Assembly: GCA_050175015.1 (NCBI GenBank) | Contig: JBFXJJ010000008.1 | Location: forward strand, 47,036 to 111,035 | DNA length: 64,000 bases | DNA from: Alphaproteobacteria bacterium | Lineage (GTDB): Bacteria; Pseudomonadota; Alphaproteobacteria; JBFXJJ01 | Direction: 5' to 3' | Part shown: piece by piece, positions 29,947-40,346 of the stretch | How the letters are laid out: each line of letters begins with the position of its first letter | Numbering within the stretch: position 1 is the stretch's first letter | Translations under genes and position numbers: made by a program | The notes under the pieces: model-generated | Seen by the model: the letters and a program-made list of their open reading frames with translations, nothing else | The model's database searches: none | What the model was told of the DNA's origin: nothing

Positions 29947-32640
29947 CTATTCCTTGATTTTATCAATTAATACTGTAGGCAGAATACCGCCTTTTTTGAA
30001 GCATTCTATTTCTGAAAAAGAATCTAGTCTGCATACCGTGTTTATTTGTTGACGATTTCCGTTATCAGCAATTATTTCTACCGACACATCATTAAACGGC
30101 TTAAGATTATTCTGAAGCAGGATATTGAACGTTTCAAGACCTGTTATTCCATATTTTTCTGCGGTTTCGCCTTCTTTAAATTGTAAAGGTAAGACACCCA
30201 TGCCGACTAAATTGCTTCGATGAATTCTTTCAAAAGATTCAGCAATAATTGCTTTAACACCAAGCAGGCAAACGCCCTTAGCTGCCCAGTCTCGGCTTGA
30301 CCCCATGCCATAATCTTTTCCAGCAATGATAATCAAAGGGGTTTTATCTTTTTGGTAAAGCATAGCTGTATCATAGATGCTTAAAATTTCTTTGGTTGGT
30401 TGATATATGCTGTATCCGCCTTCTTTTTCAGGTGTAAGCATATTTTTTAATCTGTTGTTGGCAAAAGTCCCTCTTACCATTACATGATGGTTGCCGCGCC
30501 TGCTGCCATAAGAGTTGAAATCTTCTTCTTTCACACCTTCATTTTTTAAGTATATTCCTGCGGGAGAACTTTTGACGATATTTCCTGCGGGACTTATATG
30601 ATCGGTTGTTATGCTGTGTCCTAAATAAGCAAGGACTTTTGCATTGTTAATCGGAACTAAATTGTCTTCTTTAATATCATATACAAATGGCGGTTCCTGC
30701 AAATAAGTGCTTTTTTCATTCCAATTGTAAACATCTTGTTTCTTAATATCTATTGCCTGCCAGTTCTGCTGACCTTTTTCAACATCAGCATAAATTTCAG
30801 CAAATAAACCGCTATTGGTTGCACTGTTTAAAAATGCTTTAATCTCATCATCGTGAGGCATAATATCTTTTAAATAGATATTTTTTTCTAGTTCATTGTT
30901 TTCAAAATCGAAGTCTATTGAACCGGCTAAGGCATAAGCTATTACCATAGCAGGCGATGCCAGATAGTTTGCTTTAACCGCTTTATGAATTCGTCCTTCA
31001 AAATTTCTATTGCCAGAAACTACCGCGGCAACAGACAGATTCTTGTCCGCAATTGCTTTTTCAATAGTTTCATTTAAAGAACCAGAATTACCAATGCAAG
31101 TTCCACAGCCATAGCCGACGATATGGAAACCTAGTTTTTCTAAGTATTCTAAAAGACCAGCCTTTTCTAAATAAAGTTTCACCGTTTTTGAACCTGGAAT
31201 AAAGCTTGTTTTTACAAACTTTTTAGGCATAAGACCTTTTTCTACGGCTTTTTTAGCAAACAAACCTGCGGATAACATAAGATAAGGATTGCTGGTATTA
31301 GTGCAGCTTGTAATTGATGCTAAAACTACAGAGCCATGTTTTAAAACGACATCTTGGTTGTCGATGGTAATGATTGCTTCATCATTTATATTTTCAGGGT
31401 TAATATCTAATCCCCGCTGATTTTTCGGCAGGGTTAAATTTTTAGTCCAAGCTTTAGGCATATCAGAAATAATAACTCTGTCTTGCGGACGGCTTCGTCC
31501 TGCTACGCACGGTTTGATTTTACTGATATCAAGCTCAACAATTCGGCTGTATTCAATAGCATTTTTGCTGTCATCTCGGAACAACTGCTGCTCTTTGCAG
31601 TAAGTTTCAACAAAGTCGATATGCTCTTGTTTCCTTCCCGTGATTTTTAAATATTCTAAGGTTTTATTGTCTACGGGAAAAAATCCCATGGTAGCTCCAT
31701 ATTCTGGAGCCATATTAGCTATAGTTGCTCGATCCGTTACTTCTAAATGGGGAACAGCTTCGCCAAAAAATTCAACAAAACAGCCGACAACGCCGTGTTT
31801 TCTTAATGTTTCAACTATAGTTAACGTGATATCAAAGGCATTAATATCAGCAGGTTTCTGACCGAAAAGCCTTACGCCTACAACTTCAGGAATCAGCATA
31901 TGCAGGGATTCGCCAAGAGATGCAACTTCTGCCTCAATTCCGCCTACGCCCCAACCTAAGACGCCGAGACCGTTTATCATAGTTGTATGAGAATCTGCTC
32001 CTACTAAGCTATCTGGAAAGGCTATTTCCTGACCTTCTTTATTTTTTTTGCAGCTAATAACCGATGCAAGATATTCCAAGTTTATTTGATGGCAGATACC
32101 TTGTCCTGAAGGAATTACTCTAAAATTGTCAAATGTCTGTTGCCCCCATTTTAAGAATTCATAACGTTCTTTATTGCGGGAAAATTCTAAAGCCTGATTC
32201 GTGGACAAAGCATTATGAGAGCCAGCACAGTCAACTTGAATACTATGATCAACGACCAAATCTACAGGAATCACAGGATTTATGTTTTTAGGGTTTAATT
32301 TGTTACGCTGCATTGCTCCTCTTAGTGCGGCTAAGTCAGCAACGCAGGCAACACCTGTAAAGTCCTGTAATAAGACTCTGGAGGGGTTGAATGCTATTTC
32401 TAAATCTTCTGATTTTTTTGGATCGTATTTTAAAATATTAGTTATTGATGAAATAGTAACGTCAGGTTTATCGGCATTTCTTATAATGTTTTCAATAAGG
32501 ATTCTGATTGCGTAAGGCAATTTGGATATGTTTACATTATAACATTCTTCTAACTTTTTAAGACTGTAAATTCCAATCTCACCCAAGGGAGATTGAATCT
32601 GCGTAAAAAGGCTATCCTTTATTTGCAGTTTATTTTTCAT
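29947..32640 (-). CDS. acnA: Aconitate hydratase A
   Basis: [43 protein letters not shown]. Confidence 0.97.
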   Translation of the reverse strand: MKNKLQIKDSLFTQIQSPLGEIGIYSLKKLEECYNVNISKLPYAIRILIENIIRNADKPDVTISSITNILKYDPKKSEDLEIAFNPSRVLLQDFTGVACVADLAALRGAMQRNKLNPKNINPVIPVDLVVDHSIQVDCAGSHNALSTNQALEFSRNKERYEFLKWGQQTFDNFRVIPSGQGICHQINLEYLASVISCKKNKEGQEIAFPDSLVGADSHTTMINGLGVLGWGVGGIEAEVASLGESLHMLIPEVVGVRLFGQKPADINAFDITLTIVETLRKHGVVGCFVEFFGEAVPHLEVTDRATIANMAPEYGATMGFFPVDNKTLEYLKITGRKQEHIDFVETYCKEQQLFRDDSKNAIEYSRIVELDISKIKPCVAGRSRPQDRVIISDMPKAWTKNLTLPKNQRGLDINPENINDEAIITIDNQDVVLKHGSVVLASITSCTNTSNPYLMLSAGLFAKKAVEKGLMPKKFVKTSFIPGSKTVKLYLEKAGLLEYLEKLGFHIVGYGCGTCIGNSGSLNETIEKAIADKNLSVAAVVSGNRNFEGRIHKAVKANYLASPAMVIAYALAGSIDFDFENNELEKNIYLKDIMPHDDEIKAFLNSATNSGLFAEIYADVEKGQQNWQAIDIKKQDVYNWNEKSTYLQEPPFVYDIKEDNLVPINNAKVLAYLGHSITTDHISPAGNIVKSSPAGIYLKNEGVKEEDFNSYGSRRGNHHVMVRGTFANNRLKNMLTPEKEGGYSIYQPTKEILSIYDTAMLYQKDKTPLIIIAGKDYGMGSSRDWAAKGVCLLGVKAIIAESFERIHRSNLVGMGVLPLQFKEGETAEKYGITGLETFNILLQNNLKPFNDVSVEIIADNGNRQQINTVCRLDSFSEIECFKKGGILPTVLIDKIKE

Positions 32641-32819
32641 AATTTATGCACCTGAACAATTAAAGTATTTGACATTATTAAAAAAGCAAATGATATATCT
32701 GGAAGATAACGAGCTTTATTATTGTGTCAATATTAAATGTTGCGATGCAGCGCAACAAAATTACCAAAAACAAATTGCAGTTAAATTAATTTCATCCTTT
32801 TTACAAGGAGATAATAAGT

Positions 32820-34202
32820 ATGATTAAAGATGTTGAGACGATTAAAAATATTATATTGCAGGCAAAAGAAAAGGCCTGCGCTGAAACTTGCAACGAACCA
32901 GATCCGGATCTAGTTGATCAGGTCAAGTGGCCGGTAAGTTGTACGGTTGGTCCTGGTTTAGAGGGGGCTATTGCCAGTGAAACAAAAATTGGTTATGTGA
33001 ACGGTTCTAAGGGGTGGCTGATTTATCGCGGTTACGATATTTTTGATTTGTGTGCCTATTCTACATTTGAAGAAGTTTCCTTTCTTTTGATGCATGGGTA
33101 TCTGCCAAACAAGAAAGAGCTGAAAAAATTTAAAGACAGTTTGATTAAATATCGCAAACTAAATCAAACCCTACGCATATTAATGGGCTTTCCGGTTGAA
33201 GAAATGAATGCTATGTCGGCTTTGCGACTTGGAACAAATATGATGCGTCAAGAGTTTACTCTCGTTGACAAAGGAGACAGCCGTCCTTCTTCATCAAGTG
33301 CAATCTATTCCGATGAAGACTCTATTCCTATGGAAACTCCGCCTAAAGGAGAAAAGAAAGCCATTTATGAATTTAAAAAAGGCGAAGCTAAAAAAACTCC
33401 GATTGAAGAAGCCTGCGGTCTTGATGCTTGTTATCATCTAATTTCAGGCATATCCACGATTACAGCAGCTATTGCTCGTATTTTCCAAAACAAGCTTCCG
33501 ATAGAGCCTAATGCAAAATTAAGCCATGCAGGGAATCTGCTTTATATGATGACAGGTAAAGTGCCGAATCCTGTAGAAGAAAGGATTATGGACATTTGTT
33601 TAATTTTACATGCTGATCATGGTATAAATGCAAGTACATTTACGGCGATGGTGGTTGCATCAACTCTTTCTGATATTTATCTTTCAACAGGTTCTGCCAT
33701 TGCCGCTTTATCGGGGCGGTTGCACGGCGGAGCAAACGAAGAAGTTATTAATATGCTCAAAGAAATTGGTTCTCCTGATAATGTTGAACAATGGCTCGCA
33801 GAAAAAATGGCAAACAAAAGTAAGATTAGCGGTTTTGGTCATCGTGTTTATAAGGCCTATGATCCAAGAGCCAGAATTCTTGGTGCCCTTGCTTATAATT
33901 TTTCAACTAACGATACTGAGAGCCAAAATTTATTTAAAACGGCTGCCGAATTGGAAAAACAAGTTATGCAGAATTTAAGCGTTAATAAAAAAGTATTTCC
34001 TAATGTCGACTTCTATTCTGGGCTTATATACAAATCTTTAGGAATTGATTCTAAATTATTTACCAATATTTTTGCTGTGGCCCGAGTGTCAGGTTGGACG
34101 GCAAGAGTGTTCGAATATCTAAAGCATAACCGTATTTTTAGACCTCGTGCTATTTACACGGGAGAATTCAATAAGGAATATAAGAATATCAACGAACGTT
34201 AA
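32820..34202 (+). CDS. gltA: Citrate synthase
   Basis: LHADHG.NAST, LHGGANE, GFGHRVYK.YDPRA, PNVDFYSG. Confidence 0.93.
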   Translation: MIKDVETIKNIILQAKEKACAETCNEPDPDLVDQVKWPVSCTVGPGLEGAIASETKIGYVNGSKGWLIYRGYDIFDLCAYSTFEEVSFLLMHGYLPNKKELKKFKDSLIKYRKLNQTLRILMGFPVEEMNAMSALRLGTNMMRQEFTLVDKGDSRPSSSSAIYSDEDSIPMETPPKGEKKAIYEFKKGEAKKTPIEEACGLDACYHLISGISTITAAIARIFQNKLPIEPNAKLSHAGNLLYMMTGKVPNPVEERIMDICLILHADHGINASTFTAMVVASTLSDIYLSTGSAIAALSGRLHGGANEEVINMLKEIGSPDNVEQWLAEKMANKSKISGFGHRVYKAYDPRARILGALAYNFSTNDTESQNLFKTAAELEKQVMQNLSVNKKVFPNVDFYSGLIYKSLGIDSKLFTNIFAVARVSGWTARVFEYLKHNRIFRPRAIYTGEFNKEYKNINER

Positions 34203-34218
34203 AAGCTAAATTTTACTT

Positions 34219-34376
34219 GATAAGGGGTAAGCGGGCATTTCGCTGTGAATATTAATGCCTAACCTATCGTCGTTACCACCCGCGGCTCTAAGTTTTCAAG
34301 AGCCTTCATTTCGATTTCCTTACCCCGTTATCCTAGTAACAACGAGCAGGCGCTTAATGCGTTGGCTAGTGCCTCT
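34219..34376 (-). ncRNA. Candidate structured RNA, family unknown
   Basis: GC-richer intergenic tract folding into a long stem with G-U pairs on minus strand, internal hairpin GGCTCT/AGAGCC and a 13-bp alternative pairing. Confidence 0.45.
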
Positions 34377-34549
34377 TCTAGTTTTACGATTAGAATTAAA
34401 TTTAGAACGTATTAACATAAAATTTTGTCCTATTTCCATCTGAGCTTTTTTATCTGAGCTTTATGTTTATCGGTTTTTTGTGTTTGACAAAAAGACAAAA
34501 GTGTTTAAAATGGTAATACTTAATTTAAATTGAAGCAGAGCAAGTTAAG

Positions 34550-35125
34550 ATGGCACAAGAAGAGAATAATAATGTTAAGTGTTTTTATAAAATCAGGACA
34601 CTTGATGACGTTCCTGATGTTTATAAAACACACCCTAATTTTGATAAGCTTATAAAAGATCCAGCTCATGGTAACAAGATGGTTCCTGGCGCTCTTCGTG
34701 AGGCTATGGCTGCGATTGAGGCAGAAAGGCAGGGGTTGGTAAAAGCTCTTGTGAGCCGCAACAGTAATGGGTATATTGACTTTATTGATGGCGATGGACG
34801 TCCTTATGATGTAAAAACACCACCGTCTCCTTTTCCGATTGGAAAATTTCCCTTTAATGAATATGCTGCAGGAAATGCGGTTTTAACAGAGTTGGATACG
34901 AGTGAACCTAATGATATAACGGGGAAAAAAGAACCTGTTAATGTCTTGCTAGATGTTTCTTATTTGACAAAAGATGATTATTTAAAGCTAAAAACATTTC
35001 TTGATGAAAACACAAATTCAGAGCAAAAGAAGAGAATAGTTGAAGTTAAAATAGATTTTGATAATCTAGAGCATAACAAAGTTAATTCGGTTGTTTTAGA
35101 TAAGCTTAAAAGAGCAGGGCGATGA
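34550..35125 (+). CDS. Stand-alone polymorphic-toxin-like PD-(D/E)xK nuclease
   Basis: DPAHG..REA..E..G..R..DF.D..G.PYDVKT; upstream TTGACA-N16-TAAAAT. Confidence 0.55.
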   Translation: MAQEENNNVKCFYKIRTLDDVPDVYKTHPNFDKLIKDPAHGNKMVPGALREAMAAIEAERQGLVKALVSRNSNGYIDFIDGDGRPYDVKTPPSPFPIGKFPFNEYAAGNAVLTELDTSEPNDITGKKEPVNVLLDVSYLTKDDYLKLKTFLDENTNSEQKKRIVEVKIDFDNLEHNKVNSVVLDKLKRAGR

Positions 35126-35610
35126 GTTCAGAAAAATATAGTTTAATCACTACAAATGAAATTGTTTCACTTGTTGAGGCTCATAATTTATTTATTACAA
35201 CAGGCGGCGCTCAAGGCAATGTTGCATCATTAGTTAAATTGATGCTTGATAATGCTGATTTAGCAAATCTTAATTTGTCTGAAATAGATATAAATGGCAG
35301 TTTGTTTAGAAACTGCCGTTTTATGGCTTGTAATTTTTCAGGAACCCGTTTTTCTGATAATCTTTTTGAGAAATGCGACTTTCGTAATTCTAATTTAATT
35401 AAAGCATCTTTTTATCAAGATAGTTTTCAAGATGCTAATTTCTCTTTTGCTAATTTAAGCCGAGTTATTTTTGTTAAAGCAGATTTGTCAGGTGCTAACT
35501 TTTCTAAATCTAACCTTGTGGGCGCGATTTTTGATAAATGTAACCTTAAAAATGCCGCTTTTGATGAAAATAGTAGTGAAATGGCAAAATTTAAAGACTG
35601 CGAATACTAA
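35122..35610 (+). CDS. Pentapeptide repeat protein (putative immunity)
   Basis: A(D/N)(L/F)S repeats; ATGA overlap with upstream gene. Confidence 0.8.
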   Translation: MSSEKYSLITTNEIVSLVEAHNLFITTGGAQGNVASLVKLMLDNADLANLNLSEIDINGSLFRNCRFMACNFSGTRFSDNLFEKCDFRNSNLIKASFYQDSFQDANFSFANLSRVIFVKADLSGANFSKSNLVGAIFDKCNLKNAAFDENSSEMAKFKDCEY

Positions 35611-35663
35611 GCTTTTGTTTATAAGAGTTTTATTTTGCCGCAATCCATAAGATTGACGCATCA

Positions 35664-35695
35664 GTTTCAATCCACGCCTCTGCACGAGGGGCGAC
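35664..35695 (-). CRISPR. Solitary type I-C-like CRISPR repeat
   Basis: GTCGCCCCTCGTGCAGAGGCGTGGATTGAAAC, 32 bp; no second copy or cas gene seen. Confidence 0.8.
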
Positions 35696-36060
35696 ATGTT
35701 AAAAGCGAATGGGTTTTCCCCTCAAGCGATAATGTTAAACATCTTGTCGGGCTTCCCAGAACATTTAAAAGCATTTGTTCTATGCAAGATGTAGAGACTA
35801 GCGAACCATTTTTAACCAAAGAAATTACGCTTCATACTTTAAGACATAGTTTTGCAAGCGTTGCGGCTGATATGGGATTTACCGAATTAACTATTGCGGG
35901 GCTTTTAGGTCATAGCTTGGGCGGGGTTACTAACCGTTATAGTCATAATGTTGATTCAAGTCTGATAAATGCGGCAGATAAAATTTCTTTGCGGATAGAA
36001 AATGCTCTAAACGGCAAAATGGAAGAAGAAAACAAAATTATAGAATTTAAACGGGGCTAA
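35696..36060 (+). pseudogene. C-terminal fragment of a tyrosine integrase
   Basis: WVFP, LHTLRHSFAS, LLGH, RY; N-terminal part missing. Confidence 0.85.
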
Positions 36061-36223
36061 TTATGGAAGATACAAAACGCAAAGAAGTGCCAGTATTAAA
36101 ACAAGTCAAAGGCTATAATTCTGGTATAAGCATGTGAATAAAATAAATTTTTGTTAACTTTTTGTTCCCGTTATGTTATATATTGGTTCTAATTTGAATT
36201 TTTTTAATATAGGAGAAAAAATT

Positions 36224-37018
36224 ATGGCTACGGAAGGAGGAATTCTTCAAGAATTTTTATGGTCTTTAGATTGGTTTAAAGACAATCAAGAAAAAATAGA
36301 TTGTATGTCTAAACAAGGTCAATTCGGAGGTATCTTTGATGGGTGTACAGAAAAATATGACCCCAATAAAGAAGATAAAGAGGAGAACCCATCAAATGAA
36401 AACGAAAGTAATTCAGAAGATAAATCCAGCAATTTTATGAATAAGAACTATTCTCAAAAAATAGCAAGTATTATGCCTGAGGTTAGAAAAGAATTTTATA
36501 AGAACGTTGATAAGGGTTCTAAGATTTTATCAAAAAATCCTGTCGAAATGACTAAAGAAGAAATGATGAAAGCAAAAGCATTCGTTTATGATAATGCTTA
36601 TCATCCTAAAAAAGATGCTTTGAATCAGCATTTAGAAAATTATTTTAAAGTTCGTTATCCTGGAGAAGCTGAATATGATGCCACAGGTCGCATGATAGAC
36701 CCTCAATCTGTTATTCCAGAACCAACTGTTACAGCTAAATACAAAGATATAAATGGCAGATTAATTGATGAAGGGCTTGATAATATCCTTATTAAAACAG
36801 CTCTTAGTTCTAAATCTGGTAATGGTGCAAAAAATCTCCAAAAAGCTGTTAATTCATTACAAGGCTTTAATGTTTTAAAAGAAGATAACAATTTAGGTAA
36901 AAAAACAGCAACAGCAGTATTTGATGCAATTAGAGAGCATGGAGCCGATAAACTAGCAAGAGCTTTTGACTTAACGAACAAAGATAATGATGATAAATTT
37001 GATTTAAGATATATTTAA
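36224..37018 (+). CDS. Hypothetical protein with C-terminal peptidoglycan-binding-like motif
   Basis: AGGAG before MATEGG; LQKAVN..LKEDNNLGKKT..A resembles PG-binding helices. Confidence 0.5.
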   Translation: MATEGGILQEFLWSLDWFKDNQEKIDCMSKQGQFGGIFDGCTEKYDPNKEDKEENPSNENESNSEDKSSNFMNKNYSQKIASIMPEVRKEFYKNVDKGSKILSKNPVEMTKEEMMKAKAFVYDNAYHPKKDALNQHLENYFKVRYPGEAEYDATGRMIDPQSVIPEPTVTAKYKDINGRLIDEGLDNILIKTALSSKSGNGAKNLQKAVNSLQGFNVLKEDNNLGKKTATAVFDAIREHGADKLARAFDLTNKDNDDKFDLRYI

Positions 37019-37063
37019 AAACTCTTATGCTCATTAATTAGGTATTGACTTTTGGAGATAGGT

Positions 37064-37996
37064 ATGTGGCAAAAAATAAAGGATAATCTTTTAACGATAG
37101 CTGTTTCAGCGTATTCTTTGCTTTGGAGTTATTTAATAATAGGGTCTTGTATATATTATAAAATATATGAGATAAACCCTAATTTAGCCCAAAAAAATAT
37201 TAGTGGAAATTGGAATGAGGTTATATTTGAATCTGTTATATTTATAATATTATCTTTTTTTCTTATTTTTGCACTTATAAAGAAACATAAAAAAAAGATT
37301 TTAAAAACATTATCTTATTTTCTTGTACCATTAATCTTTGTTATCAATATTGCCGTTATCATACTTTTAATAAACGGTCATGTTGCATTTTATGTAACAT
37401 ATGGCTCTAATGAGCAAATAAAACAAATACTTGCAAAATACAATCCTAATTTTCCCAATTTAGTCTTAGGTGGCAATGTGTTACACGTCACTACTAAGTT
37501 CGGAAAAGATAAGGAAATTATTGAATTTTTAATAAATAAAGGAGCTAAAGTTAATAAAGTTGACTATTTTGGTAATATTCCTCTTTCTTACGCTGTTACA
37601 GAAACGTCTCCTGATGTTGTAGAACTATTAGTGAAAAACGGAGCTGATGTTAACTATCAAGTTAAAAAACTTAATAATTATTCTCCTTTAATGGAAGCTA
37701 TTGTTTTAAATAATAAAATAAATGATAAAGAAAAAATTGTAGAACTCCTAATAAAAGCAGAAGCTAATATAAATCTCCAATCTAGTCGTGATGGTAGAAA
37801 AGTTTTAGATTATGCAACAATCTTGCATAGCAAAAATAAAGATGAAATAACTTTAAGAACAATTGAATTATTATTAGAAGCTGGAGCAAACCCATTTTTA
37901 AAACAGGATGAAAAGGCTTTATCTCAATATGAAGTAGCTAAAAATTTTAAAAATACAGAACTAATAGAGCTTTTTGAAAAGTATAAAAAAGATTAA
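37064..37996 (+). CDS. Membrane-anchored ankyrin repeat protein
   Basis: Three TM segments, then repeats LINKGAKVN, LVKNGADVN, LLEAGANP. Confidence 0.85.
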   Translation: MWQKIKDNLLTIAVSAYSLLWSYLIIGSCIYYKIYEINPNLAQKNISGNWNEVIFESVIFIILSFFLIFALIKKHKKKILKTLSYFLVPLIFVINIAVIILLINGHVAFYVTYGSNEQIKQILAKYNPNFPNLVLGGNVLHVTTKFGKDKEIIEFLINKGAKVNKVDYFGNIPLSYAVTETSPDVVELLVKNGADVNYQVKKLNNYSPLMEAIVLNNKINDKEKIVELLIKAEANINLQSSRDGRKVLDYATILHSKNKDEITLRTIELLLEAGANPFLKQDEKALSQYEVAKNFKNTELIELFEKYKKD

Positions 37997-38076
37997 TCTA
38001 GAAGACATTATCAGTAAAAAAAAAGCTTATAAATTTTACTCTTAGTCTCGTGTCGCCTTTAGACAACTTTTTCTAT

Positions 38077-38121
38077 TGTCGTTTTAATGCGACAATGTTA
38101 TAATGTCGTTATAATGTGACA
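38077..38121. promoter_or_regulatory. Two HipB-type operators TGTCG-N8-(C/T)GACA
   Basis: Palindromes at 38077-38094 and 38104-38121, same 5-8-5 geometry as E. coli hip operators. Confidence 0.6.
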
Positions 38122-38133
38122 TTTGAGGTTAAA

Positions 38134-38424
38134 ATGATTGTTGATAGTCTTAAAGATTTAGGTGCGTTTGTTCGTGAAAACAGAAAAGCTAAAAACTTAA
38201 CTCAAGATATGCTTGCTAAAAAAATTGGTGTTGGTCGGCAATGGGTTAGCAGTTTTGAAAACGGCAAAGCTAATCCTGATTTTAATCTCCTGATTAGAAC
38301 TTTAAAAATTCTTGATATAAAGCTTTCAATTCAAAACGAAAATCCTATCACTGCCCCAAAATTAAAAAACAATATTAATCTTGATGATTTAATCAATAAT
38401 TTTAAAGAAGATGCCAATGACTAA
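38134..38424 (+). CDS. hipB: HipB-like XRE antitoxin
   Basis: LG..VRE.RK...LTQ..LA..IGV.RQWV..FE.GK; overlaps hipA fragment. Confidence 0.8.
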   Translation: MIVDSLKDLGAFVRENRKAKNLTQDMLAKKIGVGRQWVSSFENGKANPDFNLLIRTLKILDIKLSIQNENPITAPKLKNNINLDDLINNFKEDAND

Positions 38425-38701
38425 AGAGCTTTTTTTAATTGCCTCAAATCAAATTATGGGGCGGATTGTGCAAGATAAGCAGGGCAATCTAAAGCTTATC
38501 TATGAAGATGCTTGGCGTAGTAGTGATGCCTCTTATCCCTTGTCAACCTCTATGCCTCTTTCTGCTAAGGAGCATGGTAATAATATAGTTAGTCCTTGGC
38601 TGACAAACTTACTTCCTGACAATGAAACAATCATAGCTAAATGGGCTAGTAGATTTCAGGTTTCGCCTCGCAACGCTTTTGCCTTGCTTTGTGTCCTGTG
38701 A
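38411..38701 (+). pseudogene. hipA: Truncated HipA (N-terminal domain only)
   Basis: PLS.SMPL, NLLPDN, NAFALL, then broken at about 38690; kinase domain absent. Confidence 0.8.
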
Positions 38702-38780
38702 TTGCCATTATTTCACGTTTTGTGCAGCCTGCGTTTGCAGGCATTTTTGTAGCTGTTTTTCTTAATCCGTGCAGCGTCAA
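38688..38780 (-). pseudogene. Tyrosine recombinase box II remnant (not in ORF track)
   Basis: Translates as LTLHGLRKTATKMPANAGCTKREIMAITGHK. Confidence 0.8.
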
Positions 38781-39096
38781 TAAAACGCTTTAATTTGAGA
38801 CCTCCTCTTTTTCATAAGGTATCATTTTCTTTTTATTTATAGGTTTATTATGCCTATTTTGCATTAATCCTAAAATTCTTGATTTAGTTTCTTTGTTTTT
38901 TGCCTTTACATAACCATTTTTAGTATGTTCAAAATTTTTAATCAGAATCACCGTAAAACTAAAATAGTTATAAAATGCTGCTATCTGCCAACAAATAATA
39001 ACGTTACTACTTTAAGATAACAAATATTAACAAAACATCTTTTTACAAAATAATGTTTTGTTGTTATTTTATTAAAGGTTTATTTTAGGATTTTCA

Positions 39097-40338
39097 ATGG
39101 TTGATAATATAAATATTAGCAAATTTAAGGCTAAAGGCAAGACTAGAACATATCAATCTGGAGCTAAAAAAGTATTCTCTGCCCTAAAAGATGAACAAGA
39201 AAGGGAAGAATTATTAAAAATCCTAAAAGCAAAAGGAGGTCCTTTTGAAAAAAAGTATCCAGAATCCACAAAATCTCCAAATGAGACTGAAAGAATTCTA
39301 TGCAAAGCAATAGATACTGACTTATTGCTTTACGATACTCAACTATATAATGCCTTATTAAGCAAATCATTAAGAAATGTAATATATGAAATTATTGATA
39401 CCGTTGGCGTAGAAAACCTGAAAATTGTTTTTGATGACAAAGTTTTTAAAAGATTCCCTAAAGACCATAACAGGGAAACAGGCAATATTGCGATCTTTAG
39501 CCATAAGGATAATGCTATTGTAGTCCCTCGTATTGTCTCAAAATATAAAGATGACGAAAACGCTGAAAGCTATCAAAACAGAATATTTGAAGCTAAAAAG
39601 GGAATTGGCAAAGACTCAGATATAAATACTTACATAGAAGTTATGCCCACGACATTTGCTCACGAATTTCGCCATTTTTGGCAGGCAAAAAAACAAAATA
39701 TCGCAAGGAAACGAGGCGACAGTATAAAATCCATCATCATCAGAGATAGAGCTATTGAAGCCGATGCCTCGACTTTTTCTGCCTTAGCAATGTGGGAGCT
39801 TAAAGAAAAGAACAATCTTCCTTTTTTTGATAATTACAAAAAATCATCTGACGGTGATATTTTTGAGGCTTTTGAGAAAACCGCTAAAAATGGAGATATT
39901 CTTTCCGCAACACAGCAAGCTTTTGTTTCTTGGTATGAATCCACAAGAGTAAGCATAGTTGACAATAATATCAGTGGTAGTGATTTTAGAAAAAACACTT
40001 ACGAAAATAATATTGTCAAAAATATAAAGGTAGATATGTTTAAGGATAAATACACTTTTGATTATGGTATTGATATTTCTAATCTTTTAAAAAAGCTATC
40101 AATCAATAATAAATTATATTTGTCTGATATGAATTCTTTCCTGTTAAAAAAAGAAAATATAGGCATAAAAGCTGAAACAGCAAAAGAAATTGAAGCTATT
40201 TTTTCTGGAAAACTTGATTATAAAACGGCTCAAATATTACATGAACAGTTAAATGAAATTAACAATAGAGGAAATATTTCAACAAATCAAAAACCAAAAG
40301 AAAATATCCTGAATTTTGTAAAGATTAAATCAAGGTAA
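39097..40338 (+). CDS. Putative zinc metallopeptidase (DUF6782-like)
   Basis: AHEFRHFWQ followed by EADA third-ligand motif; no signal peptide. Confidence 0.6.
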   Translation: MVDNINISKFKAKGKTRTYQSGAKKVFSALKDEQEREELLKILKAKGGPFEKKYPESTKSPNETERILCKAIDTDLLLYDTQLYNALLSKSLRNVIYEIIDTVGVENLKIVFDDKVFKRFPKDHNRETGNIAIFSHKDNAIVVPRIVSKYKDDENAESYQNRIFEAKKGIGKDSDINTYIEVMPTTFAHEFRHFWQAKKQNIARKRGDSIKSIIIRDRAIEADASTFSALAMWELKEKNNLPFFDNYKKSSDGDIFEAFEKTAKNGDILSATQQAFVSWYESTRVSIVDNNISGSDFRKNTYENNIVKNIKVDMFKDKYTFDYGIDISNLLKKLSINNKLYLSDMNSFLLKKENIGIKAETAKEIEAIFSGKLDYKTAQILHEQLNEINNRGNISTNQKPKENILNFVKIKSR

Positions 40339-40346
40339 AGTGTTTT

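Noticed and set aside
34255-34443. 62-aa plus-strand ORF
   Set aside because: No RBS or recognisable motif; better explained by the structured element
35635-35695. N-terminus of the 141-aa ORF
   Set aside because: Read-through of the CRISPR repeat; integrase similarity starts after 35695
35600-35800. CRISPR array
   Set aside because: Only one repeat; no partner at spacer distance and no cas genes in window
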